Of a stretch of 64,000 nt of DNA, positions 24,678 to 39,408 are shown in pieces. Below the pieces are notes generated by a model. It ran no database searches, had not been told where the DNA came from, and saw only the letters and a list, made by a program, of their open reading frames with translations. The stretch comes from Selaginella moellendorffii (taxonomy: Eukaryota; Plantae; Lycopodiophyta), in NCBI RefSeq assembly GCF_000143415.4, contig NW_003314346.1:1-64000 (forward strand). The letters are read 5' to 3'. Both the position numbers and the translations under genes were made by a program. Numbering within the stretch: the first letter of the stretch is position 1; each line of letters starts with the position of its first letter.

Positions 24678-25823
24678 TGTCGCGCATGTGACTTCGGGTA
24701 TCAAAAGTTACCTGTCGACCAGTCCTTACGGACACTCTTACCTTACTGCCACGATGGTAGGAGGTCGGTATTGCTGGACCCTTTATCAGCCCCTCTTGTT
24801 CAAGTGTTAGTAAACTGGACTTTGCATCTGTACTTGGCCGGATGAGCATAAGGACGGAATTCCTAAGTGTCTATTCAGCCAAGCATACTTGGCCTGGCTT
24901 TTTAGTTCTCTTTTGCTCTGTCTTGCACTGGCTTGACAAGAACCCTCGCGTATTGAGATTGGTCCCTCAATATCGCTACATGATAGCTTACCGTGTCTGC
25001 CAAACACCCTCGCTATCATGCCCTTTGTGTTAGTCTCATTTCGGTCCCAAATGCTATTTATGGAAAGTGTCTAGATTTGCTCATTTGGCATATCTACGGA
25101 ATGTAGAGATCGGCCTGAACACAATGGTGTTCGTCCTGTGTCCAAGTTCGCATTCTAAGGACATTCCATATTTAGTAAGTTTTAAGCTTGTCCCAGAGAC
25201 TAACTCCTGATACTAAGGGAGGCTTGGGGTGAAAGCCCAAAGCGTGTGTTCCTCAAGGGGGGGGGGCTGTGGGGGGTTCCAAATGTATAGTAGGGATAGT
25301 GGGTAGGTCGGGCATGGCCGACCAACCTGAGGCATAGTCTAGCTCCCGCTTGCGTGCCTGTCCTTGTTCTGCGTCCGGCTTGGGTCTAAGCCCAAGTTCC
25401 ATTCCATGCTAGTTGGTGGAGTACCCATATCCTCACGTTAGGCCACCGGTATGCCGAAATAGCGCCAGACTCCGTTTGGCTCCGTTTTGCGTGCTGGTCC
25501 TGGCATTGGTATGCTGGTTGCTCCAGGACTGTTCCAAGTCGCTCCGGGCTCCTGTCCCCTCGCTCCTTGGGCTATATGCTCGGGAGTTGCTCCGTGGTCC
25601 GGTTTCATCACTCCTTGGCGTCACGCTTGGGAGTTTGGCACCGTTCCTTCGTTCAGTGGCCCAAGGCCCTGAACCTCGGGTTCCTATGGACACGTGGCAT
25701 GGACACGTGGTATGTGACATGTGGCATTTGTCACGTGGCACAAAGAGGGTTTAGGTTCCGCTTCGTGGTGTTATCCTATAGTAAATCACCATAGGATAAA
25801 GGGTCAAAACCACGTGCGCTACA
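24678..25823 (+). repeat. Complete family-B LTR (1146 bp), followed by PBS and the first bases of the TRIM internal region
   Basis: TGTCGCGCA...TGCGCTACA; TGGTATCAGAGCAAATGGCACGGG at 25826-25849. Confidence 0.92.
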
Positions 25824-25850
25824 TTTGGTATCAGAGCAAATGGCACGGGA

Positions 25851-28800
25851 AGGAGGGTACTCCACCGACTAGAGCAGCGTGGAGCTTGGGCTTAGACCCA
25901 AGCCGGACGCAGAACAAGGAGCGACACAGCCCAGCGGAAGCCAAACTAATGTCTCAGGTGGTCGGACATGCATTCCAACCACTATCCCTACTATACATTT
26001 GGAACCCCCCACAGCCCCCCCCCCCTTGAGGGACACACGCTTTGGGCTTTCACCCCAAGCCACCCTTAGTACCAGGAGTTAGTCTCTGGGACAAGCTCGA
26101 AACTTACTAAATATGGAATGGCCTTAGATTGCGAATTTGGACATGGGACGAACACCATTGTGTTCAGGCCGACCTCAACATTCCGTAGATATGCCAAATG
26201 AGCAAATCTAGACACTTTCCATAAATAGCATTTGGGAACGAAACGAGACTAACACAAAGGGCGTGATAGCGAGGGTGTTTGGCAGACACGGTAAGCTATC
26301 ATCTAGCGAATATTGAGGGACCAGTCTCAATATCGCGGGGGTTCTTGTCAAGCCAGTGCAAGACAGAGCAAAAGAGAACTAAAAAGCCAGGCCAAGTATG
26401 CTTGGCTGAATAGACACTTAGGAATTCCGTCCTTATGCTCATCCGGCCAAGTACAGATGCAAAGTCCAGTTTACTAACACTTGAACAAGAGGGGCTGATA
26501 AAGGGTCCAGCAATACCGACCTCCTGCCATCGTGGCAGTAAGGAAAGAGTGTCCGTAAGGACTGGTCGACAGGTAACTTTCGATACCCAAAGTCACACGA
26601 AGTGCCGAAGCCAGTCTGCCCATTACTGGCCCAAACTCAAAGATCAATAGATGGACAATATCAAAGTCATAGACAATGATATTTTAGAGATTTAATTATC
26701 AGGGAATAAAGCTTAGATTAGAACACAAAAGTATTCCAAGTAAGTTATCATCCGATAAACTAGTATTACAGTATAGGAACCACCAAGATCACTATCATTG
26801 GAAAACATAGGATGCACCATCCAACAAAATTCAATAGCAAGTATATCATCAAGTAAACGCAATGATAAAACTTAACTACCGAAGATAGCAGACAGTAAGC
26901 CAATAACTTACGAGAGAGAACTCAAAGAACACAAAGTATCATTGACTAACAAGCACAATGCTCGCGAATGTATCACCCAAAGGAAATAACATCCAAATCT
27001 ATCAAAACTAACTCGAGCAATAATCAACAGAAGAGAATGAATGTGGGAAGACCAACAAACACTCATGCCTGTTAACTATCACAAAAGCCAATCTGAATAG
27101 ATCCCAGCCAACAATACCAAGGAACTCAAGTTGCCTAAGCAAGTGTTAGCAACATCCTACTGATGTCTTAAACCCAAGAGACCAATCCAGAGCAAACCAC
27201 AAAGAACATGTGGTATTGCAAAAAGCCAAAAGCCATCAAAGAGAACAACCAACTATCATGAAAGATCGTCAATTAGCCCATCAATGTAGTGATGTATAAT
27301 CATTGTTGAAGAAAGAATCTACCATCCCGAAGAATAGCAAATAATTCCAAACCAACAATAATCAAGCAAAACTTGTGATAAGGACAATCAACTACCCTAG
27401 ATGATAGTCAATCATCACCAATGATTGCCAGATGCAAAAACTAACTTCAATCGAAGCTAATGAGCCAAAATGCCTTCCCCCAACAACTTCAAACAAATGG
27501 AACAATGAGCACAAAACTCAAGAACCAAAAGCTCGAAGAAGCCTATAACTAAGTCTTGCCTAATAATGATCACGAGTCTCATAGAAGCTAACTTCAATGC
27601 TAAAGAAGAAATCATGGTGCAACCCACAATATCTTCCTCAACACATCCATAAGCCAAACTTCATAATGCCAAAGCTAATGAAGAGCATTTCTGCATCAAT
27701 CCAAAAGCTAAGCATAACAAAGCTATGCTTAACAAGTGATCATCAAACGATCCTCTATGAATCCATCTATAGCAAGACGTAACTCACTTCATAACAAGCT
27801 CAAAAAGAATCATTAATGATTGCTATATTCCGAACTCAAATCCAGCAAGGACTCAACATTCTAATATCGATCACTAACTCTTCTTCTCGTAGAGTTAGCA
27901 TAGTCCACGACTAAATCACTTTTCAAGGAAAAACTAAAGCTCAACCCTCTACTAAATAATCTCGTCTAGAACACAACTAACTCAACTTGCCACTCAGTTC
28001 GTTTGAACGTCAACACAGTTGCTAACTAGCAAATGCACGAATGCCAACAACACAAAGCTATAGCCAAATCATCAACACTATATTCATCTAGACTAATGAA
28101 ACTCAATATCAATCTTTTTGGAAGGATATCTTATTTCACTCAGATCTCAATATCAACAATGTCAATGACAAAGCATCACTTCAATGCCATCAACACCAAA
28201 ACAAAGCTAGAAGAAAGCATGAGTGAATCACCACTCGGAGCTTTCCAGCAACCAAGCTAACCAAGGTCGAAGATACTTTAATTAGTAACTGAGACCAATC
28301 CTTTAGCAAAACTCAGTTACAGATAACACTTCCTCAAGGAGTGAGTCACCACGTCCAAGACTCAATGAAATCCAACACTACGGACTAAATGTAACCAAAT
28401 GATATCAATAGAGGTAAAGTCGACATGCCAACATGGAAAACCATGCAAGTCCAACAACACGATCCTCCGCAACACCATCCGGTCAAGCAAGCCCACCACT
28501 GCTAAATCATCATCGAGCAAAGCAAGTGTCAACAGTCTTTTTGACAAAGTCTACAAGTAATCACTAGTCGCAAAGCAACTAACAATCGCCCTTCAACTTG
28601 CCTTCACAAGACCCGAACACTAACTCATGTCATCGAGTTACATACTTGTCCAACATGAACATAATACCCCAGGTACGAGATAAAAGTTCATAGACAAGCA
28701 CAAACTAAATGACCACTCGAATCCAACTCAACCGCAATAAGCTCACTAATGCATTTAGTCAATAGCGCTGAGCATGCCTTGAAGAGGCTAGCTATGTGAT

Positions 28801-31800
28801 CAACACTCAGTCGAAACTAAAGTGAAGACCATGAGATGGACTCATATCGGTACACAACCTCCTCATAGACAAAGCTATAGTACGGGTACCAACATCTCAA
28901 CCTCAAACAACTAAGTTGGACATCACCATCCTCAGCCAAGGTGCAGGGCCACCAAGACCAAGTCAAGATCAGTGAGAGCTCACTACTCTCATAGAGTCTA
29001 ACGAAATGCAAGGTGCAACCTACCACCAAGCATAATGCTACAAAAGAAAGGCACAAGGGTCACCTTTCTTAGAAAAGCGCAACAGCAACTTTTCTACACC
29101 AACTCCAGACTCTATCCAACTCAATTGCCTTAGCCCCAAAAGTTAGCATCCCTTTAAGGTTGCATCATACAAACTACCTACCAAGGTCTAAGTTAACCGA
29201 AGTCAACTCCAACCCCTTCACTAGTTTGTACTGGCTTTCGAAAACGGAATGGTTTTCGGACAAAATGATCAATAGATCAGCCATTGGAAAAGTCTAAGAA
29301 AATTTGTGGAAAATTCCCATCCTAGAGAAAGAATGATTCTGAGTCCAGGATTGCAAACTTTCAAGACTCAACCAACTTCCTCCTACCAACAACTTCACAT
29401 AGGTTCAATTCAACACCAATTCTCAAGACCCATAATATGCTTAAGCCTCGAACATCTTTGCCCATCTAACCGATATCCAACATCGACATCTGCAAAGTGC
29501 AAAATGAACATCCAAGGCTTGACCACAAAGACCACATCATCGGATATCCACATTGCACTAACACTCTTCTTCAACCACCTTCAAGATCCAATGTGAAGCC
29601 AAAACACTAACAAGAAAAATGACATGGAAAATCAAGCTCTAAGGAAAATTCCTCATCACTTGAAATAACAATGCCACTTCCACTAACACAAGTGCTAGTG
29701 ATGTCAATGCCCCAACTACACACCTTCTCCATCCAATAATTTATTCCAAGTGCTAATGGATCAACCGATGAGCTATAACAAATGAATGCTATAACCCTTT
29801 TCCAACACCTTATGGGCAAACCCTCAAGGAAACAAGGTACCAACATAAGCTTAGCATAATGGACCACCATTGAGAATCCAGTCAAGGCTACTACAATGCT
29901 ACTTCGTGCAAGTAGACTAGCTTCTCCATCAACCACTTTGGGGTTGATCATCGTTTAACCAAGCAACTTCGTAAACACATTGCTCATTATCACATGGATA
30001 TGATATGGAAATCACAATGACTTGATCATCAATTGAGCAACACCATGAGCAATGCCAATGTCATTACTTCAAAGGTCTATGTGAGTATCAAGTGTCAACT
30101 CAATTTGACAAAATGCAACATAAATGCCACACTCCACCAATAGAGATTTACAACACCTAACACCACTAACCTTTGTTCACAACACGGACAAACTCATGCC
30201 ACTCTCTTTCCGACCAAACTCAACACTAATCCAACATCAAGCTACTCAAGGAGCAATAGCAAGGTTCCCCGGAAAAGAATTGAGCATTGCAACCCAAGTC
30301 TTTCAATAGCGAGCCTAGACAAAATGGTATAACGTTTCACCGCTATCCATCCCACAACTCACCGTTTGTAAGACCATCATCTCCAACATGCATCAAGGTA
30401 GGGACTCTTGATTGCATAATGTGAACACGAGCAATGAGTCACACCTCGTTGCAAATCATCTCTCCAAGAAGAGAACATGATTTACGTCTTTGATCCTCCG
30501 TCCTCGATGACTCTCTTTTCGGTCTCATCTTTGACCAAACCTCAAGCTTGCTTTCGCACTGCCTTCAGTTCAATCGAAGAAAAGTTTATGAGAGAGCACG
30601 GCAATGATTATTTGAACCAATAGACTATTCCCTACAATCTTGATTGATCCACTTATAATCATGCCTAGGAAGGATCCACTAGTGCCGTGCTAAACAGCTA
30701 CGGACCAGCCTATTTGCCACTCATAGCAAACCTAGGTAGGTTTGCTTTCACCCATGGTACAAGGAATAACTCATGGAACCACCGATAGGCTAACATTAAT
30801 CCTGCCAACTCAAAGTGTAACCTTGAGTTGCTAATGTGCCTCACTCACCAGCCCAAGCGCAAACTCGTGCGCACATGGTTTTGACCCTTTATCCTATGGT
30901 GATTTACCATAGGATAACACCACGAAGCGGAACCTAAACCCTCTTTGTGCCACGTGACAAATGCCACGTGTCACATACCACGTGTCCATGCCACGTGTCC
31001 ATAGGAACCCGAGGTTCAGGGCCTTGGGCCACTGAACGAAGGAACGGTGCCAAACTCCCAAGCGTGACGCCAAGGAGTGATGAAACCGGACCACGGAGCA
31101 ACTCCCGAGCATATAGCCCAAGGAGCGAGGGGACAGGAGCCCGGAGCGACTTGGAACAGTCCTGGAGCAACCAGCATACCAATGCCAGGACCAGCACGCA
31201 AAACGGAGCCAAACGGAGTCTGGCGCTATTTCGGCATACCGGTGGCCTAACGTGAGGATATGGGTACTCCACCAACTAGCATGGAATGGAACTTGGGCTT
31301 AGACCCAAGCCGGACGCAGAACAAGGACAGGCACACAAGCGGGAGCTAGACTATGCCTCAGGTTGGTCGGCCATGCCCGACCTACCCCCTATCCCTACTA
31401 TACATTTGGAACCCCCCACAGCCCCCCCCCCCTTGAGGAACACACGCTTTGGGCTTTCACCCCAAGCCTCCCTTAGTATCAGGAGTTAGTCTCTGGGACA
31501 AGCTTAAAACTTACTAAATATGGAATGTCCTTAGAATGCGAATTTGGACACAGGACGAACACCATTGTGTTCAGGCCGACCTCTACATTCCGTAGATATG
31601 CCAAATGAGCAAATCTAGACACTTTCCATAAATAGCATTTGGGACCGAAATGAGACTAACACAAAGGGCATGATAGCGAGGGTGTTTGGCAGACACGGTA
31701 AGCTATCATGTAGCGATATTGAGGGACCAATCTCAATACGCGAGGGTTCTTGTCAAGCCAGTGCAAGCCAACATCATGAGTTTCTCATCACCGTGTCAAG

Positions 31801-34800
31801 TCTGCTTGACTAAATGACAACTTAGGATTTCCTTCCTTAGTGCCCTTCCGGTCTAAGTGCACATGTGATGACCAGTTTCTCAACTAGCTTAGGTGGAAAC
31901 TGATAACGGGTCCAGCAATACTGACCTCCTGCCATCGTGGCAGTAAGGTAAGAGTGTCCGTAAGGACTAGCCGATAGGTAACTTTTGATACCCGAAGTCA
32001 CATGCGCGACACTCTCCCCCCCTTGGGAAGATCGACGTCCTCGTCGATGCATACTCCAGTCTAGAATACCGCCAAGGAAACAACTCCATAAAAAGTTCAC
32101 GGTACTCACACTATGTGAGAAATGCACCAACTTAAATGAGTTAGGGGGCAACCTCTTTGTCTAACGCGGATGCGCTACCAGCTCAGACACCTTCCGGTCG
32201 TCGCCGACAAGGAAATGACCAACGGAGTCAGCCACCCCTGCTGCTCTGGGAGTCACCCAGCTTACAAAAGTGTGATATGCCCTGCCCGCAGGGACATAGA
32301 GAGAGAAGCCAGAGGCCCCAACCCTCCTGAGCAAAGAAACCAAACCCGTCGGTAAGGTTTAGATAGACTACTGTCAACAGGCAGTTTAGAGTTGTTTACA
32401 CGGTCACGCCCTTTCAACGAAATAAAGAACATCGACAGAGAGGCGAGTTATGTGACCAGTCGACAGTAGCTACCCCATGACTAGAGATTTCACCATGCAC
32501 ACGAAGTGCCGAAGCCAGTCTGCCTATACTGGCCCAAACTCAAAGAGCAATAGATGGACAATATCAAAGTCAGAGACAATGATATCTGAGAAGCTTAATT
32601 ACTAGTGATTATATCTTAGAGTAGAACACAAAAGTATTCTAAGCAAGTTATCATCCGATAAACCAGTAGTATTGTAGATAGGAACCACCAACAGATTATC
32701 ATAATTTGGCAAACACAGGAATGACCATCCAACAAAATTCAATAGCTAGTATATCATTAAGGAAACTCAATGATGAAACTTAACTATCGAAGATAGTAGA
32801 CAGTAAGCCAACAACTTACTAGAGAGAACTCAAAGAACACAAAGTATCATTGACTAACAAGCACAATGCTCGCGAATGTATCACCTAAAGGAAATAACAT
32901 CCAAATCTATCAAAACTAACTCGAACAACAATCAACAGAAGAAAATGAATGTGGTAAGACCAACAAACACTCATTCCTGCCAACTATCACAAAAGCCAAT
33001 CTGAATAGATCCCAGCCAACAATACCAAGGAACTCAAGTTGCCTAAGCAAGTGTCAGCAACATCCTACTGACGTCTCAAACCCAAGAGACCAATCCAGGC
33101 AAACCACAAAGAATATGTGGTATTGCGAAAAGGCCTAAGCTATCAAAGAGAACAACTAACCATCATGAAAGATCATCAATCATTCCATCAATAAAGAGAT
33201 GCATAATCATCGTTTAAGAAGGAATCCACCATCCCGAAGAACGGCAAACCATTCTATACCAACAATAATCAAGCAAAACTTTTTGACATGGATAATCAAT
33301 TATCCTAGATGATAGTCAATCATCACCAATGATTGCTAGATGCAAATACTAACTTCAACATCAAAGCTAAAGAGCCAAAAAAATGCCTTCCCCAACAACT
33401 TTTAACAAATGGAACAATGAGCATAAAACTCAAAGAACCAAAGCTCGAAGAAGCCTATAGCTAAGTCTTGCTTAATAATGATCACGAGTCTCATAGAAGC
33501 TAACTTCAATGCTAAAGAAGAAATCATGGTGCAACCCACAATGTCTTCTTCAACACATTCATAAGCCAAACTTCATAATGCCAAAGCTAATGAAGAGCAT
33601 TTCTGCATCAATCCAAAAGCTAAGCACAATGGAGCTATGCTCAACAAGTGATCACTAAATGATCCTCCATGAATCCATCTATAGCAAGACGTAACTCACT
33701 TCATAACAAGCACAAGAAAAATCATTAATGATTGATATATCTCAATTGAAATCCAAGAAGGATTTAATCACTTCAATGCCAATCACTAACTCTTCCTCTC
33801 ATAGAGGTAGCATTGTCCACGACTAAATCACCTTTCAAGGAAAAGCTAAAGCTCAATCCTCTACTAAATAATCTCGTCTAGAACACTACTAACTCAACTT
33901 GCCACTCAGTTTGTTTGAACGTCAACACAGTTGCTAACTAGCAAATGCACGAATGCCAACAACATAAATCTATAGCCAAATCATCAACACTATATTCATC
34001 AAGACTAATGAAACTCAATATCAATCCTTAGAAGGATAGCTCATTTCACTCAAGTCTCAATATCAACAATGTCAACGACAAAGCATCACTTCAATGCCAT
34101 CAACATCAGGACAAAGCTAGAAGAAAGCAAGAGTGAATCACCACTCGGAGCTTTCCAGCAACCAAGCTAACCAAAGTCGAAGATACTATACTTAGTATCC
34201 GAGACCAATCCGTTAGCAAAACTCAGTGACAGATAACACATCATCAAGGAGTGAATCACCACATCCAAGACTCAATGAAATCCAACACTATAGACCAAAT
34301 GTAACCAAATGATATCGACAAAGGAATTGACATGCCACCATGAAAAAACCATGTCAGCCTAATGACACGATCCTCCGCAACACCATCTCGTAAAGCAAGC
34401 CCATCACTGCTAAATCATCATCGAGCAAAGCAAGTATCAACAGTCTTTTTGACAAAGTTTACAAGTAATCACTAGTCGCAAAGCAACTAACAATCACCCC
34501 TCAACTTGCCTTCACAAGACCCAAACACCAACTCTTGTCATCAAGTTATATACTTATCTAGCATAAACATAATACCTCAAACATGAGATAAAAGTTCATG
34601 GACAAGCACAAACTAAATGACCACTCGAATCCAACTCAACCGCAATAAGCTCACCAATGCATTTAGTCAATAGCTCTGAGCATGCCTTGAAGAGGCTAGC
34701 TATGTGATCAACACTCAGTCGAAACTAAAGTGAAGACCATGAGATGGACTCATATCGGTACACAACCTCCTCATAGACAAAGCTATAGTACGGGTACCAA

Positions 34801-37800
34801 CATCTCAGCTTGCAAACAACTAAGTTGGACATCACCATCCTCAGCCAAGGCGCAGGGCCACCAAGACCAAGTCAAGATCAGTGAGAGCTCACTACTCTCA
34901 TAGAGTCTAACGTAATGCAAGGTGCAACCTGCCACCAAGCATAACGCTACAAAAGAAAGGTACAAGGGTCACCTTTCTGAAAAAAGTGCAACAACCACTT
35001 TTCTACACCAACTCCAGACTCTATCCAACTCAATTGCCTTAGCCCCAAAAGTTAGCATCCCTTTCAGGCTGCATCATACAAACTATCTACTAAGGTTTAA
35101 GCCAACCGAAGCCAACTCCAACCCCTTCAACAGTTTGTACTGGCTTTCAAAAATGGAATGGTTTTCGAGCAAAGTGATCAATAGATCAGCCATTGGAAAA
35201 GTCTAAGAAAATTTATGGAAAATTTTCCATCCTAGGGAAAGAATAACTCTCAGTCCAGGAATGCAAACTTTCAAGACTCAACCAACTTCCTCCTACTAAC
35301 AACCCCACATAGGTTCACCTCAACAAAAATTCTCATGATCCAAAAATATGCTTAAGCATCGAACATCTTTGCCCATCTAACCGATATCCAACACCGACAT
35401 CCGCAAACTGCAAAATGAACATCCAAGGCTTGATCACTAAGACCACATCTTCGGATATCCACATTGCACTAACACTCTTCTTCAATCACCTTCAAGATCC
35501 AATGTGAAGCCAAAACACTAACAAGATAAATGACATGAAAAATCAAGGTCCAAGGAAAATTCCTCATCACTTGAAATAACAATGCCATTTCCATTAACAC
35601 AAGTGCTAGTGATGTCAATGCCCCAACTACACACCTTCTCCATCCAATAATTTATTCCAAGTGCTAACGGATCAATAGATGAGCTATAGCAAATGAATGC
35701 TACAACCCATTCCCAACACCTTATGGGCAAACCCTCAAGGAAACAAGGTACCAACATAAGCTTAGCATAATGGACCACCATTGAGAATCCAGTCAAGGCT
35801 ACTACAATGCTACTTCGTGCAAGTAGACTAGCTTCTCCATCAACCACTTTGGGGTTGATCATCATTTAACCAAGCAACTTCGTAAACACATTGCTCATTA
35901 TCACATGGATATGATATAAATCACAATGACTTGATCATCAATTGAGTAACGCAATGAGCAAAGCTTATGTCATTACTTCAAATGTTTATGTGAGTATCAA
36001 ATGCCAACTCGAATCGACAAAATGCAACATAAATGCCACACTCCACCAATAGAGGTTTACGACACCAAATACCACCAACTTTTGTTCACAACACAGATAA
36101 GCTCATGCCACCCTCTTTCTGACCAAACTCAAAACTAATCCAACACCAAGCTACTCAAGGAGCAATAGCAAGGTTCCCCGGAAAAGAATTTGAGCATTGC
36201 AACCCAAGTCTTCTAATAGCATGCCTAGACAAAATGGATTAGCGTTTCACTGCTATCCATCCCATAACTCACCATTGTAAGACCACCATCTCCAACATGC
36301 ATCAAGATAGGGACTCTTGATTGCATAATGTGAATATGAGCAATGAGTCACACCTCGTTGCAAATCATCTCTCCAAGAAGAGAAGATGATTTACATGTTT
36401 GATCCTTCGTCCCCGATGACTCTCTTTTCGGTCTCATCTTTGACCAAACCTCAAGCTTGCTTTCGCACTGCCTTCAGTTCAATCGAAGAAAAGTTTATAA
36501 GAGATCACGGCAATAATTACATGAACCAATAGACTATTCCCTACAGTCTTGATTGATCCACTTATAATCATGCCTAGGAAGGATCTACTAGTGCCATGCT
36601 AAACAGCTACGGACCAGCCTATTTGCCACTCATAGCAAACCCAGGGAAAATTTACTTTCACCCATGGTACATGGAACAACTCACAGAACCAACGATAGGC
36701 TAACATTAATCCTGCCAACTCAAAGTGTAACCTCGAGTTGCTAATGTGCCTCACTCACGAGCTCAAGCTCAAACTCGTGCAAAATGGTACACCTCAAATC
36801 CATCCTATGAGCCCAAGAGCAAGCTCATATAATCTAGAACGAAAGGTAACCAAAACCTATCCCAAGGAACGATTGCGAAGTCATTGCACCTAAACGTGTA
36901 CCCACTCGGATCATCGTTTTCATCTCTGCGTATGCAACGAGACTAGTTGCCCAATCTCATTGAATAGTACTCGTTGAGACTCATTCTCTGATACCAAATG
37001 TAGCGCACGTGGTTTTGACCCTTTATCCTATGGTGATTTACCATAGGATAACACCACGAAGCGGAACCTAAACCCTCTTTGTGCCACGTGACAGATGCCA
37101 CATGTCACATGCCACGTGTTCATGCCACGTGTCCATAAGAACCCGAGGTTCAGGGCCTTGGGCCACTGAACGAAGGAACGGTGCCAAACTCCCAAGCGTG
37201 GAGCCAAGGAGTGATGGAACCGAACCATGGAGCAACTCCCGAGCATACAGCCCAAAGAGCGAAGGGACAGGAGCCCGGAGCGACTTGGAACAGTCCTGGA
37301 GCAACCAACATCCCAATGCCAGGACCAGCACGCAAAACGGAGCCAAACGGAGTCTAGCGCTATTTCGGCATACCGGTGGCCTAACGTGAGGATATGGGTA
37401 CTCCACCAGCTAGCATGGAATGGAACTTGGGCTTAGACCCAAGCCGGACGCAGAACAAGGACAGGCACGCAAGCGGGAGCTAGACTATGCCTCAGGTTGG
37501 TCGGCCATGCCCGACCTACCCACTATCCCTACTATACATTTGGAACCCCCCACAGCCCCCCCCCCCTTGAGGAACACACGCTTTGGGCTTTCACCCCAAG
37601 CCTCCCTTAGTATCAGGAGTTAGTCTCTGGGACAAGCTTAAAACTTACTAAATATGGAATGTCCTTAGAATGCGAATTTGGACACGGGACGAACACCATT
37701 GTGTTCAGGCCGATCTCTACATTCCGTAGATATGCCAAATGAGCAAATCTAGACACTTTCCATAAATAGCATTTGGGACCGAAATGAGACTAACACAAAG

Positions 37801-38149
37801 GGCATGATAGCGAGGGTGTTTGGCAGACACGGTAAGCTATCATCTAGCGAATATTGAGGGACCAATCTCAATATCGCGGGGGTTCCTAACACTAGCAAGT
37901 GCAAGCCAACATCATGAGTTTCTCATCACCGTGTCAAGTCTGCTTGACTAAATGACAACTTAGGATTTCCTTCCTTAGTGCCCTTCCGGTCTAAGTGCAC
38001 ATGTGATGACCAGTTTCTCAACTAGCTTAGGCGGAAACTGATAACGGGTCCAGCAATACCGACCTCCTGCCATCGTGGCAGTAAGGTAAGAGTGTCCGTA
38101 AGGACTAGCCGACAGGTAACTTTCGATACCCGAAGTCACATGCGCGACA
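25851..38149 (-). mobile_element. Head-to-tail LARD dimer with shared LTRs: LTR 36999-38149, internal alpha 32012-36998, LTR ~30869-32011, internal beta ~26594-30870, LTR fragment 25851-26597
   Basis: PBS ending 36996, PPT 32012-32024, LTR termini TGTCGCGCA/TGCGCTACA; deletions at the 30870 and 26595 junctions. Confidence 0.88.
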
Positions 38150-39408
38150 GACATGCATTCCAACCACTATCCCTACTATACATTTGGAACCCCCCACAGC
38201 CCCCCCCCCCCTTGAGGGACACACGCTTTGGGCTTTCACCCCAAGCCTCCCTTAGTACCAGGAGTTAGTCTCTGGGACAAGTCCGAAACTTACTAAATAT
38301 GGAATGTCCTTAGATTGCGAATTTGGACACGGGACGAACACTATTGTGTTCAGGCCGATCTCTACATTCCGTAGATATGCCAAATGAGCTAATCTAGACA
38401 CTTTCCATATTTAGCATTTAGGACCGAAATGAGACCAACACAAAGGATATGATAGCGAGGGTGTTTGGCAGACACGGTAAGCTATCATCCGGCGATATTG
38501 AGGGACTAGTCTCAACACGCGAGGGTTCTTGCCAAGCCAGTGCAAGACAGAGCAAAAGAGAACTAAAAAGCCGGGCCAAGTATGCTTGGCAAAATAGACA
38601 CTTAGGAATTCCGTCCTTATGCTCATCCGGCCAAGTACAGATGCTAAGTCCAGTTTACTAACACTTGGACAAGAGGGGCTATTAAAGGGAACCAGCAGTA
38701 CCGACCTCCTGCCGTCATGGCAGTAAGGAAAGAGTGCCCGTAAGGACTGGTCGACAAGTATCTTTCGATACCCGAAGTCACATTCGCGACACTCTCCCCC
38801 CCTTGGGGAAGATCGACGTCCTCGTCGATGCATACCCGAGTCTAGCAAACCGTCAAGGAAACAACCCCGAAAGTTAACGGAAAGCACACTATGTGGGAAA
38901 TGCACCGACTTAAATGAGTTATGGAACGACCTCTCCTCTACGTCAAAAGACGCTAAGACTCAGACACCCTCCGGCCGTCGCCGACAAGGAAATGACCAAC
39001 GGAGTTAGCCACCCTTGCTGCTCTGAGTACCACTCAGCTTACAAAGGAATGATACATCCCTGCCCGCAGGGATATAGGGAGAAGGCCAGAGGCCCAACTG
39101 CCCCTGAGCAAGAAATCAACCCCGTCAGGAAGATTTAGACAACTATTATAAACTGGCAGAGTAAGTTGTTTACACGACCACGCCCCTTTTTTTTTTTTTT
39201 GAAAAGGAGTCATCGAGAGAGAGGCGGGGACTTGTGATCAGTCTATAATAGTTATCCCCATGGTTATGGATTGGACCCATGCACCGAAGTGCCGAAGTCA
39301 GCCTGCCAAAACTGACCCAAGTACAAATGATTGAGAGAAATGACACTTTGAGTGATAGAAATATTTTACTTTATTAATTTGCAAGATTTATTACAAGATT
39401 TACAAAAA

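Noticed and set aside
25140-25175. U6-like words (CAAxTTCG, TTCCATATTT) in LTR B
   Set aside because: No ACAGAGA box or internal stem-loop; likely chance
1-38149. Many 60-115 aa ORFs in LARD and LTR copies
   Set aside because: They recur only because the DNA is repeated; no domains, mostly non-ATG starts
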